Source: Savitreella phatthalungensis
Lineage: Eukaryota
Length of the DNA: 64,000 bases
NCBI GenBank assembly: GCA_051599415.1
Contig: AP039701.1
Span: 186,001-250,000, forward strand
Direction: 5' to 3'
Position 1 is the first letter of the stretch. Every line of letters begins with the position of its first letter. The notes below the pieces were generated by a model that did no database searches, was not told the origin of the DNA, and was given only the letters and a program-made list of their open reading frames with translations. Of the stretch, positions 11,506 to 21,635 are shown in pieces. The translations under genes and the position numbers were made by a program.

Positions 11506-14163
11506 TCATCCGAGGAAGCCGAGTAGTTCGGAGATGTAGGACTGGGCGTTGAGCATGAATGGGTTGAGGATGTGGAAAGCGCACATCCATGCGAGTGGGA
11601 CGATGGCGACGATCGAGTTGATCTTGTAGGCGTCTGGGACGGCGAATCTGAGGATGAGGATGATTGCGAGGAAGAATGAGGTTGCGGTGTAGACAATTCT
11701 GTACTTCTTGAAGATCGCAGGAGCTTCTTCCAGGAGTGCTCTTGCCTCGAGCGACTTCGCAGTCGATCCCCAAGACATCTTGCGGTCAAAGAGGTGCTGA
11801 ACGAGAGCTCGTGACACGTGCATCGACACACCCTGGAAGAACAGGATCGGGAGCCAGAAGTGGCGTAGGGAGTCGCCAAAGGCGGCCTTGATGGTGGTCT
11901 CTCTGAGACGCCACTGGGCGAAGGGGACGACGATCAGGTCTCGGAGTCCGAAGATGACGGAGGTGGCGATGATGATGTTGAATTGGTCGATGAAGGCTCT
12001 GTCGAGCGACGTTCTGAACCAGCCAAACAGGAAGTAGCTGACGATGCAGTACACCCACGACGCACCAATCAGCCAGTACGTCCACATGTAGAACAAGCTC
12101 GACATCTTGGCCGCCAGTGGCACTCTTGGCGACCAAACGAACGCCTTGATGACCTCGCCGAAAGGACCCTTCTTGAACCAGAGTCTGAACGGGTTGAACA
12201 TGAGCTCGGAGCATCCCCAGGCGTACTTTGTCCATCGTGCGATCTCGTCGTAGACAGTCAGGGAGACGCCCTCCTCGAATTCGTCGCGATGGTAAGTTGC
12301 CATACGAGTTGAGTATCCTGCGACTTGGCAGCGGAGAGCGACCTCGAAGTCTTCCGATACGTGGTCTTCCGACCACCATTCGAGCGAGCCGTCTGTGCGT
12401 GTCCGCGCCACTTCCTCGATCGCCGACCATCGGAGGAAGGCGTTGTGGCCGAGGAAGGGGCAAAGGTCGCCACCTGCAACGTTGTATCGAATTCCAAAGA
12501 AAACACGACGGATGAAGAAGGCCATGCCGAGTTCCCAGTAGTCGTTGCCGAGGAGGAGGGCGTCGCCGATATGCTGGATGATTGCGAGGTCAGGCGAGTC
12601 ACGCATCTCCAGAACGGCGTTCAGGATACAGTCAACAGGCACACGCGTGTCGCAGTCGATGATCAGGACAATGTCGCCCATGCCAAGGTCGCCCGCGCAC
12701 CAATCAACGTTACCACGCTCTTCGAGAATCTGACGACGGGCCTCCTCGTAGTCCTCCAAGTTGCCTTCACTGGTTCTGATCTCCTTGTACCTGTTCTCGA
12801 TGTCGAGTCCGAGCTGGACGCCGTGGTTCAGGTTTGATGCCTTCTTGAACAGACCCGTACGCTGGAAGCCATCCTTGCCGTGAGGCCGACGGGCGGTCCA
12901 CGAGACATTGTTGACACGCCAGTACTCCTCCCAAATCTTGCGCTGCTCAGGACTTCTAAGCTGACCACCGTCGTCGCAGATCATCAGATTGGCTGTGCCG
13001 CCCTGTGCTTCGTATGTGGCGATGGCGGCGCGGCATGATTGGACAGTTGGGTCAATGACATCCCACAGCTTCTCCTTGTACACAGGACACTTGATTGTGA
13101 CGTGCGGCAGATCTTTCCGACGGATTGTCGTGGTCGGCTTCGTGTGGGAGTAGTACTTGGAGTTACGGTGCATCTGCGCGATCGGACCAAGGAGCTGGAG
13201 TGCTGCGCAAACAATCTGGTTCATGAAGAATGCTGTGAGCATGACGACGAGCGGGATGTAGAGCAGATAGAGTAGGTGCATGTAGTCTGCGCTCTGCATG
13301 ACCTCTGTGATGACGCTTCGAACGATGGTACCCACCATCAGACCCATGACAACGAATGTAAGACCGACTGTAGCCGGCCACATGAGCATCGTTGGACGGT
13401 CTTCGGGAGCATTTGATCCCGTAAGCTCACCATTCTCGAGACGCTGCTCCTCATCGTCCTGAAGCTCGTATTCTTCAACCTTGACCTCCTTTGCATCGCC
13501 GTAGACGCTCTGAGAGATAAGCTTGTCCTTCTCGTTGAACACAAGCTGGTTGATTTTCTTCTCCCAACTAGTAACGTAATCGATCAAATCGAGCGCCTCG
13601 TCGTTCCACAGGACTGCGCCGCCAATCTCACGCACGAAGCAGATTCCGGATCTTTGCATGACGTCGTATGACGGGAATGGAAGAAGATTGTCGACAAGCT
13701 TGTTGATCTTGCCGTCAAGGACGACGCTCGTAGCGATTGGAGGTGAGCTGTCGATGAGAGTGCGTGTGGCTTCGGTGACGAGGATCATGCAGCCGTCGCA
13801 ATTGAGACCACGAGCGATGTGCTCGAGCGTGGTCTTGTCCTCGCCCTCTGGCCGGGACACGTAGACATTGTCGGATGAGCGGACTGTGAGGAGCTGGAGG
13901 TCTTCGTCTTCCTCATCAATGTCGAACCACTCGTTGCCCTCGGCAATCTCAAACAGATGCTCGAGCAGGAGATCTGCCTCGTCGATGTCGCGAAACCAGT
14001 TTGACGGGTCGTCAGCGCTCAGGAGACCTTCTTTCTCGTCCATGTACGCCATCGAGTGGGAGATGGCATTCTTCTGGTGGGTAGCCTGCGCCTGCGCAGC
14101 GTCCGGCGAAACGTACTCCGTCGCCGCCTTTCGCGCCTTCCCGAACACGCTCTTCAGACCCAT
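11506..14163 (-). CDS. GT2 processive glycosyltransferase / polysaccharide-synthase-like, paralog A (885 aa)
   Basis: 2 TMs, then PHVTIKCPVYKE, CDDG, FKKASNLN, IDCD (DxD), FLGHNAFLRW, VSEDF, EIARW (QxxRW position), followed by several C-terminal TMs. Confidence 0.9.
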   Translation of the reverse strand: MGLKSVFGKARKAATEYVSPDAAQAQATHQKNAISHSMAYMDEKEGLLSADDPSNWFRDIDEADLLLEHLFEIAEGNEWFDIDEEDEDLQLLTVRSSDNVYVSRPEGEDKTTLEHIARGLNCDGCMILVTEATRTLIDSSPPIATSVVLDGKINKLVDNLLPFPSYDVMQRSGICFVREIGGAVLWNDEALDLIDYVTSWEKKINQLVFNEKDKLISQSVYGDAKEVKVEEYELQDDEEQRLENGELTGSNAPEDRPTMLMWPATVGLTFVVMGLMVGTIVRSVITEVMQSADYMHLLYLLYIPLVVMLTAFFMNQIVCAALQLLGPIAQMHRNSKYYSHTKPTTTIRRKDLPHVTIKCPVYKEKLWDVIDPTVQSCRAAIATYEAQGGTANLMICDDGGQLRSPEQRKIWEEYWRVNNVSWTARRPHGKDGFQRTGLFKKASNLNHGVQLGLDIENRYKEIRTSEGNLEDYEEARRQILEERGNVDWCAGDLGMGDIVLIIDCDTRVPVDCILNAVLEMRDSPDLAIIQHIGDALLLGNDYWELGMAFFIRRVFFGIRYNVAGGDLCPFLGHNAFLRWSAIEEVARTRTDGSLEWWSEDHVSEDFEVALRCQVAGYSTRMATYHRDEFEEGVSLTVYDEIARWTKYAWGCSELMFNPFRLWFKKGPFGEVIKAFVWSPRVPLAAKMSSLFYMWTYWLIGASWVYCIVSYFLFGWFRTSLDRAFIDQFNIIIATSVIFGLRDLIVVPFAQWRLRETTIKAAFGDSLRHFWLPILFFQGVSMHVSRALVQHLFDRKMSWGSTAKSLEARALLEEAPAIFKKYRIVYTATSFFLAIILILRFAVPDAYKINSIVAIVPLAWMCAFHILNPFMLNAQSYISELLGFLG

Positions 14164-15653
14164 GATCTGGCGATCTGACGAGCTAGCTTGCTATCAAGAG
14201 AGGCAAAGAATGATTTTTCTTTCAAGATGGACAGCGATGCGTCGTGTCGACAGGAGTGATTCGGTGTTTTGTCAGGATGCGTGACGATACTGCTAAGTCA
14301 ATGGTCTCAGATGACTTCTCACTCTCCTTCTCTCTTCCTCGACCTGGATGTCACTCTGAAAGTTTAACACTGACTCGGTGAGCCGTGCGTGGATTACAGG
14401 CAAATGCAAAGGGGCATAGCTGTGACCGGCTGGATATCGGACTATAGAGAAATGAAGCGATGTGAAGGCAACGGGAGAGGAAGGCTTCCTTAACCTGGGC
14501 TGCGAGAGTATTCATCTCTCTGAGTCCGAGCTCACGTCAAGCATGTTACCGAGCGAGCTAAGAACTCGATGTGAGACAGGCTGAAGCGAGAGACATCTGC
14601 AAGACAATCGGTACAAAGGGAATCGTAAAAGGTGGTTGTGGCTTTTCTGCTCGATTGAGGGGCCCAGGGCAAGAAGGATGAAGCCATCCTGTTATTTCTT
14701 GGATGTTGTCGGAGATGAGTCAGTAGCTGTCCCCCCTTGGATATTCTGCTGAAGATGTCTACTTTACGATATCCTTTGTGTAGAGCTGGACACTGCTGGA
14801 TATTATCGAAAGAGTGTCTCAAAATAGAATCCAATGTTTAAATTAGGCAGAAAGTCTTAATTGGATTGGTGGCGTATCATGAGCAGTTATACTCAATCGA
14901 GTGACGGTCCTGCACCCGTAAGAGGAGCATCTCCGTGCGCGAGTATCCATGCAGGCAGCCGTGCGCCAGAGCATGCGTGCGTTGACAGGAGATCCGAGGT
15001 CGATCGTCACAATCGGTCCTGATAGTCTGTGGGTCTGGCTGGACCTAGATACGTGTACCAAACTCTCAGATCGATTCCCGTCAGCCACGTCCAGGCTAGC
15101 GGAAGCGGGAGCGGCAGCTCGACCGCGGTTTACGATATCCACGAGAGCGAGCGAGATGATATGCTTACCCAAGCTGTAGATCTCAATTTCTCGAGACCAG
15201 GTTAACGGGCCCTTTGCAGAAATCTCACGTCACGTCCGCTGCACGACTCGAACTTCCATTAATCCGATGCGTGTTGACGCATGCGATGGTCTCGGAGATT
15301 AAGGACCGTGAAGCAGCAATGACGACAGTGTAGATAGGGACAATGAGTCCGCAGGCAGGAGATAACGTTGTCGACAGCTTCTCAATGCTACATTCTTGGG
15401 AAAGGGAGTTGGGATCACGCTTCTTCACGTGCGACTGGAAAGTGTTGGGTAGAACGTCCCCGACCTATCTATGAAAACATGCACAGGACATTATATAGGA
15501 AATTGTGGCGAAGAATAACATGATGATAGTGCTTCGTGGATGTCTCGCTGTACATTGGAAGGTAGATAGATATGGCTATTGTTACAGATAAAGAGTCTAT
15601 ATGGGTGGTCGTTTCGTGAATGAGAAAGAAGCGGAGAAGAAGGCATAGACATT

Positions 15654-18395
15654 TCAGACACGCCTGTACTGGTAGGTGTCCCTGTCTCCGAGGGCAGAGA
15701 GCTTTGCGATACGCTGCTTGAGGGCAGAGAGCTTTGCTGCGAAGAAGTCTGTGACTTGCTGAGCGTTGTGCTTGAAGTCTCCCGTCCACTCGCTCGCATA
15801 CGAGTTCGGGTTCAGGGCGAATGGCATGATGCCGGAGAAGACCATGAGGATGACGAGCGGTCCGTTCGACGTCACGCCCCAGATGTGCCACTTCCACGGA
15901 GCAAAGGCGAGACCCACTTGGAATGCCGTGAGGATGACGATGATGAAGTACATGCCTTTGAACTGCTTCCAAATTTTCGGTACTTCTGTGGCGAAAGTAC
16001 CGTGCTCGAGTGATTTGGCCGTAGCTCCCCATTCCATGTTGATTGAGCACATGTGGGCGACAAGAGCGAAAGACAGATGGAATGACAAACCTCCGAGAAA
16101 GATGACCAACAGGAGTGACCATTTCCAGTTATCGTAGAGCAACGGGAACAGCGAACCTTCCTTTGCTCGTGCACGCACAACCGCATTGCTCGCAGGACCG
16201 AAGACTGTGAAGACGAGCACCACAGACACGAAAACATCCCAGCCGAGTGAGTAGAACCTGTAGGAAGTCGTAAGCAGCCAAAGTCCCCATCCTGTTGCGA
16301 ATACGTTGACGATCAGAAGAGGCCAGAGAGCGATAGCGTAATAGGTGCCGATGTAGAAAATCATGGTAATTTTACTGAATGAGTTCAGATCAGATTTGAG
16401 GAACGTTCTGAAGATGGTCGTGAAAGGTCCCTTCTTGAACCAGTCCTTGAATGGGTTGAAGACAAGCTCTGAGCAGCCGTAAGCATACTTCGACCAACGA
16501 TTGAGCTCGTCATAGACTGTGAGCGATACACCTTCCTTGAAACCCTTGTCCGAGTATGTGGCGTAACGAGAAATGTAGCCGAGTCCTTGCAGCTTGAGCG
16601 ACATCTCGAAGTCTTCAGACACGTGCGATTCTGACCACCACTTCCAACGGCCGTCAAGTTCGTCCACGTGCGCAACACGCTGGAGTGCGCCCCATCGGAG
16701 GAATGCGTTGTGACCGACAAATGCAGCGGTATCGCCAGCAGCGGTTGCATATCGGAGGGAGAAGTAAATACAGCGTGTGAAGTAGGAGATTGCGTTCTCC
16801 CAGAAGTCCCAGGACACCTGCATCACACCAGAGTCGTGCTGAAGGATTGCGACTCTAGGAGCGTGGGTGAATTCGGAAGCTGCGTCGAGGAAGCAGTCCT
16901 CGGGCACGCGCGTGTCGGAATCGACGAGCAGGATAAGCTCGCCGATTCGGATATTGCCCTGTGCCCAGGCCTCATGTCCGGACTCTCGACGGTAGTCGGA
17001 AAGCACGTCCTCGAGACACTGCTTGTACGCAGCCTGCTCGTCGTCGTCACTCCAGTCGTCCTGACGACGCTGAACCTGCTCCAGTCGGTCTTCCACGAGC
17101 ATCGAGATGTGCATGGCAAAGTTCATGTTAGATGCCTTCTTGAATTTGCCGGCACGGACGAAACCGTTGTGGTTGTGGCCAGGACGAGCTACCCATCCAA
17201 TTTGGTTCTGGGCATAGTACGCCTGTCTGACACGTCGCTCTTCCTCGGAAATGAGCTGCATACCGTCATCGTTGACAAAGATGGTCGCTGTGCCTCCCTG
17301 CTTTTCATATGTCGAGATTGCCACCTTGAGTGACTCGACGGTCGGAATGATGACGTCTCTGAGATCCTCCTTATAGACTGGGCACTGGATCGTGATATGT
17401 GGCAGATCCTGAGTAATGCGGATCGGTGGCTTGCAGGAGTAGTGGCGCGAGTTCTCGTACATGTGGCCGATGGGACCGATCACGTTGAGAACTGCGACCA
17501 CAACCATCAGCGAGAAGAATCCAGTTGTGATGAATTGCACAGGCAGATATAAAAGCACCGCAAATCGCCACCACGTTTTCGTGTAGAGCGATCCGTAGAC
17601 AATCTGCCTCAGAGAAAGCATAAGGACGATGAAGTTAAGGAGAATGGCCATCATGACCATAAATGGCAGAATTAGCTGCACTGGTCTTTCTACGTCGAGA
17701 TTCGGAACTGCAACCTCGGATTCGAGATCGAGCGACTCGATCGTGTAAAGCTCGTGACCCTTCTTTTCGTCCATTGTGTGCGTCTGACCCTTCCACATAC
17801 GGTTGACGAGCTGCTCCTCGATCTGACGAGCGTACGGAATCAGCTTCTTGGCATCATCCGCCCAAACGAGCAAGTACCCGCGATCCCGGACGAAACATGC
17901 ATATTGGTGCTTCTTGATGTATGGCATCGAGCTGAGAGTATCAATGACCTGAACATGCAGATCTGCGCCGAGACGTACATTCTCGACAAATCTCGGCAGA
18001 TTTTCGATGAATTGTGCTACCAGCTCGGAACAGACTGAAATGACAGCCTCTGGCGAGACCACCTTGGCGACCTCGGCGTACAAGGAATCGTCGCCCTGAG
18101 CGGGAGGGAAGCATGCGTAGTCGAGGTGCGATCGGATGGCGACAAGAGAAGTCTGCTCGTCCCAGCACTCGAACCACTCATTGTCGTCGCATGTCATGTA
18201 GAGAAATTTGAGCATCTCCTGAGTTTTTTCACTCCATGCTGGCGAGAAGAGCTCCTCGAGACGGCCATTGACGGCAACTTTGAGAAGTCGCTCTTTCTCT
18301 TCGACGGTCATTGATTCGAGCGGAAGCTCTGTTGTCGGGCCACCCGGCGCAGGTGCGGCCGCTGCAGCCTTTGATTTGCGGAACAAGCGCGACAT
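15654..18395 (-). CDS. GT2 processive glycosyltransferase / polysaccharide-synthase-like, paralog B (913 aa)
   Basis: PHITIQCPVYKE, NDDG, FKKASNMN, VDSD, FVGHNAFLRW, VSEDF, ELNRW; multi-TM. Confidence 0.9.
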   Translation of the reverse strand: MSRLFRKSKAAAAAPAPGGPTTELPLESMTVEEKERLLKVAVNGRLEELFSPAWSEKTQEMLKFLYMTCDDNEWFECWDEQTSLVAIRSHLDYACFPPAQGDDSLYAEVAKVVSPEAVISVCSELVAQFIENLPRFVENVRLGADLHVQVIDTLSSMPYIKKHQYACFVRDRGYLLVWADDAKKLIPYARQIEEQLVNRMWKGQTHTMDEKKGHELYTIESLDLESEVAVPNLDVERPVQLILPFMVMMAILLNFIVLMLSLRQIVYGSLYTKTWWRFAVLLYLPVQFITTGFFSLMVVVAVLNVIGPIGHMYENSRHYSCKPPIRITQDLPHITIQCPVYKEDLRDVIIPTVESLKVAISTYEKQGGTATIFVNDDGMQLISEEERRVRQAYYAQNQIGWVARPGHNHNGFVRAGKFKKASNMNFAMHISMLVEDRLEQVQRRQDDWSDDDEQAAYKQCLEDVLSDYRRESGHEAWAQGNIRIGELILLVDSDTRVPEDCFLDAASEFTHAPRVAILQHDSGVMQVSWDFWENAISYFTRCIYFSLRYATAAGDTAAFVGHNAFLRWGALQRVAHVDELDGRWKWWSESHVSEDFEMSLKLQGLGYISRYATYSDKGFKEGVSLTVYDELNRWSKYAYGCSELVFNPFKDWFKKGPFTTIFRTFLKSDLNSFSKITMIFYIGTYYAIALWPLLIVNVFATGWGLWLLTTSYRFYSLGWDVFVSVVLVFTVFGPASNAVVRARAKEGSLFPLLYDNWKWSLLLVIFLGGLSFHLSFALVAHMCSINMEWGATAKSLEHGTFATEVPKIWKQFKGMYFIIVILTAFQVGLAFAPWKWHIWGVTSNGPLVILMVFSGIMPFALNPNSYASEWTGDFKHNAQQVTDFFAAKLSALKQRIAKLSALGDRDTYQYRRV

Positions 18396-19969
18396 GTTGA
18401 TGCGCGTGTCCCTGTCGAGCTTGTCTCAAGCTGAAGTATGGATAGATGAGGAGACGAGGCGACCTCAAGGTCGTGATGTGTCGAGCGTGTAGGACACAGA
18501 GAGAGAGAGAGTGACGAAGAAGAAGGTTGTGTCTGGAGGTGAGGATATGAGATTCTTCGAAAGCCCTTCGAGAGGGAAGTCGAAGGTAGTGTATATCCTG
18601 ACTGGTGAATTGATCGAGTGAGTGATCGAACAAGGGTTCACAGGCCGGGCGGGTACATTCGATTAGCCAGCTTGTATGGGAGCTTGTGACCCTTAGTCTT
18701 AATACGGGCCCACGAGAACCTGAGAATGATGTCTCTGGTTCGTAAGCGTCTACGTCTACGTAGGAGTGAAAGGGTAAGCTAAGGTGAGGTAAAAGCAAGG
18801 CAATGCAGTAGAGCCGTGCGAGGGCTTGTCAATGTGTTCGAGCTCCTTCTGGTTTGATTGTCTGAGACAGTAAGCGGGAACATCTTTCGTCAATGGATGA
18901 ATGTACGGTTGACTGATTGTAGCTCTGAAGCTAAAGTTATTGCTGAGGCTTGTTCCTCGGTAGATCTTCCACTTGGCTCACTCCCACCCAGCTCTACCAT
19001 GATAAGTGGGTAAGAAGGAGAGCGGGCGCTTGCATGATTCTGGCGCCACTTCGGCCCGTGCAAGTAAGGCAAGATTTTGAGTAAGAGAAGCAGGAGATAC
19101 GCCACGTTTGACTCAGTTCCAGATCTAGCCTGATTGTTCAAAATGGTCAAAGCAGTCTATTCAATCTGACCACAGACAAGAAATTTTTGTTTCAAATATA
19201 AGACCTGGGAGAAGATCCAATTGAGATTGTGCGTACGTGCGTGCATGCATGGATGGCGTATGAATAGATAAAATCGTTTTTGACAGTTGGATTTTTCATT
19301 CAGAGTGCAAATCTTAGCGACTGTATCTAGGAAAGGCTAGATACGCTAGTGTTTCATCTTGTTTCATCTTGTTTCGAATTGTTTCAGAGTGGCGCGTGGC
19401 TTTGTGAGGCGCAATGTCTTAAAATAGGAGATCCACTCACTCCTCCACTCACTTACACCCCGACTCACTCGCTCATCCATGGGAGACAGAATGACAAAGG
19501 AGTATTTGCTTGAACAGTATACCAAATCACACTTACCAGGTACACTTAGAATGGGCATTCACATAACCGAGTGAAGCGAGACTTGTCTCTGATTGTTACT
19601 CTCCTTGACCTCTTCCACCAGAGACGCAATCTATAGGCAATATTCAGAACATAATCTAAACTGATCTGTGGTCACAGTCAGTGAATAGAACAGAAGAGTA
19701 GTCTGCTATCAACGTCCGAGCTTCCTGACGACGTATGCTCTGACATACTTCACCGACATCTCGAGCTCTCACTTTTGCAATCACTCTCTCAAACAGACAG
19801 ACATCCAGAAGATATCTTCAACGCAGGACCTTGACCTCATCACTCCAAGGGGAGTTTAATCGGAAACGCTTTTGTGCGCTCTACTATCTCAAGACAACCA
19901 CCTCTCCGAAGGCAGGCTTCATCTGCGATACCAGATCGCTCTTCACTGTAGCAACACACTAGTTGCGCC

Positions 19970-21418
19970 ATGGAGTCGACGCGCATTTCTATCGACTCGA
20001 GTGATTCCTACGACGAGTCCCCACGAGATTTTCACGCACCACTCGTCATGTCTACCGTCCGTCGCGCATCATACTCTACAGAACCGGTGCGGACGCGCCG
20101 GAGAAAGTCTGCGCACAACCCTTTTGCCGTCACAAAGGGCGAACGTACAGTAAATAAGACTGGACTACGGATCCGTCGAAACGAAGGCTGGGGTCGGGTG
20201 ACTGAAAAATGGTGGCTAAACGCAAAGGCCACGCGGGAGGACAGGATTGGATATTGGCTCGTTTGGGCTGGTGTAGCACTTGGTTTCCTGTGTGCGTGCG
20301 GTTTCGCTGTCTGGGGCTACTTTGACGGATTCCAGCCGCCCACGTGCACGTTCATCAAGGAGAACTTCAACTACGAGGGCATCGATGGCAACACCTGGCG
20401 TCACGAGGTCTCCAGCGGAGGTTGGCACCAGGGTGGCTTCGAGTGGAACACAGACTCGTCCGAGAACTCATTCATCAAGAATGGTCAGCTCCACATTCGA
20501 CCTACGCTTACAAAGTCCTACCCGGATGGCACCAACATCAACCTGACGACCGACGGTGGTTGCACAGACCCATACTACTGGTGTTCCATGTCCCAGAACT
20601 CGACCAATCACACGAGTATCAACCCCGTACAATCTGCAAAGATTTCAACCAAGATGAACATGACATTTGGCACTGTCGAGGTGCGTGCAAAGATGCCAAA
20701 GGGCGACTGGATCTGGGCTGCCATCTCGCTCAACCCAGCAGACACCTACTACGGCGTCTACCCCGCAAACGGTCAACTCGTGTTGGCTCAGACGCGTGGC
20801 AACAAGCGCGGCTACCCGCAAGGTGGTCGAGAGCGCGTGGACTCCTTCCTTCAGGTCGGTCTCGATGCCCAGCAAGGTCTTTCGCGCTCGTACGGTTCCC
20901 AGATGATCCGAAAGTTTGACGACTACTCTGACGGATTCCACACGTTCGGCATTCAGTGGAACCGATGGTCGATCCGTACTTACATCGACGACCCTACCAA
21001 CACGGTGATGCTGGTTGAGCCGTGGAAGATGCAGGGATACTTTGTGGGACTACACCTGGACCAGTGGGTGTATTGGCCAGGCGCATACGACAACTTGGCC
21101 ACCAGCTACCCTGACATGTCTGCCCCGTTCAACCGCGACTTCTACCTCACCCTCCAGGTCGGTGTCGGTGGCATGAACGGCATCTTCGATGTCGATCAGC
21201 CCTGGACACTCACCAACGGCAGAGACTACGCCCTCAACCAATTCGCCCAAAACATCCAAAACAACACAGCCAACTGGCCAGAAGGAGACGACAGAGACCT
21301 CATCATCGATTCAGTCACCATGCGAAAGCAGTGTCACGTCACACCCTACAAGAAGCACCCGTCTAAGGGCGGTCTCGGTTACCAGGGAAGCTTGCTCTCT
21401 GGTCTCGGGATCTGGTAG
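19970..21418 (+). CDS. GH16 beta-glucanase/GNBP-like type II membrane protein, catalytically degenerate (482 aa)
   Basis: N-terminal tail and one TM ('YWLVWAGVALGFLCACGFAVWGY'), 'GGWHQGGFE', 'INPVQSAKI', 'VRAKMPKGDWIW', 'FHTFGIQW', 'APFNRDFYLTLQVGVGG'; the ExDxxE site reads QLVLAQ. Confidence 0.88.
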   Translation: MESTRISIDSSDSYDESPRDFHAPLVMSTVRRASYSTEPVRTRRRKSAHNPFAVTKGERTVNKTGLRIRRNEGWGRVTEKWWLNAKATREDRIGYWLVWAGVALGFLCACGFAVWGYFDGFQPPTCTFIKENFNYEGIDGNTWRHEVSSGGWHQGGFEWNTDSSENSFIKNGQLHIRPTLTKSYPDGTNINLTTDGGCTDPYYWCSMSQNSTNHTSINPVQSAKISTKMNMTFGTVEVRAKMPKGDWIWAAISLNPADTYYGVYPANGQLVLAQTRGNKRGYPQGGRERVDSFLQVGLDAQQGLSRSYGSQMIRKFDDYSDGFHTFGIQWNRWSIRTYIDDPTNTVMLVEPWKMQGYFVGLHLDQWVYWPGAYDNLATSYPDMSAPFNRDFYLTLQVGVGGMNGIFDVDQPWTLTNGRDYALNQFAQNIQNNTANWPEGDDRDLIIDSVTMRKQCHVTPYKKHPSKGGLGYQGSLLSGLGIW

Positions 21419-21635
21419 TATTTCATCCATCCATACATTAAGAACTTCAGAGCGAATGGCGTATCTGTACACACATAAAATCAACCACCTGTCGCGTGGC
21501 GTGGCGAGGACACTCTGTTTTCGACCGCAATCGAATGGGGTCTTGTCTTTGTATGTGAAATAGAACAATTGATCTATATAGTGTACAATGAATCGTCAAC
21601 GTTGTGAGGGAAAACGCGAGTGTGTGTCTCTCTTT

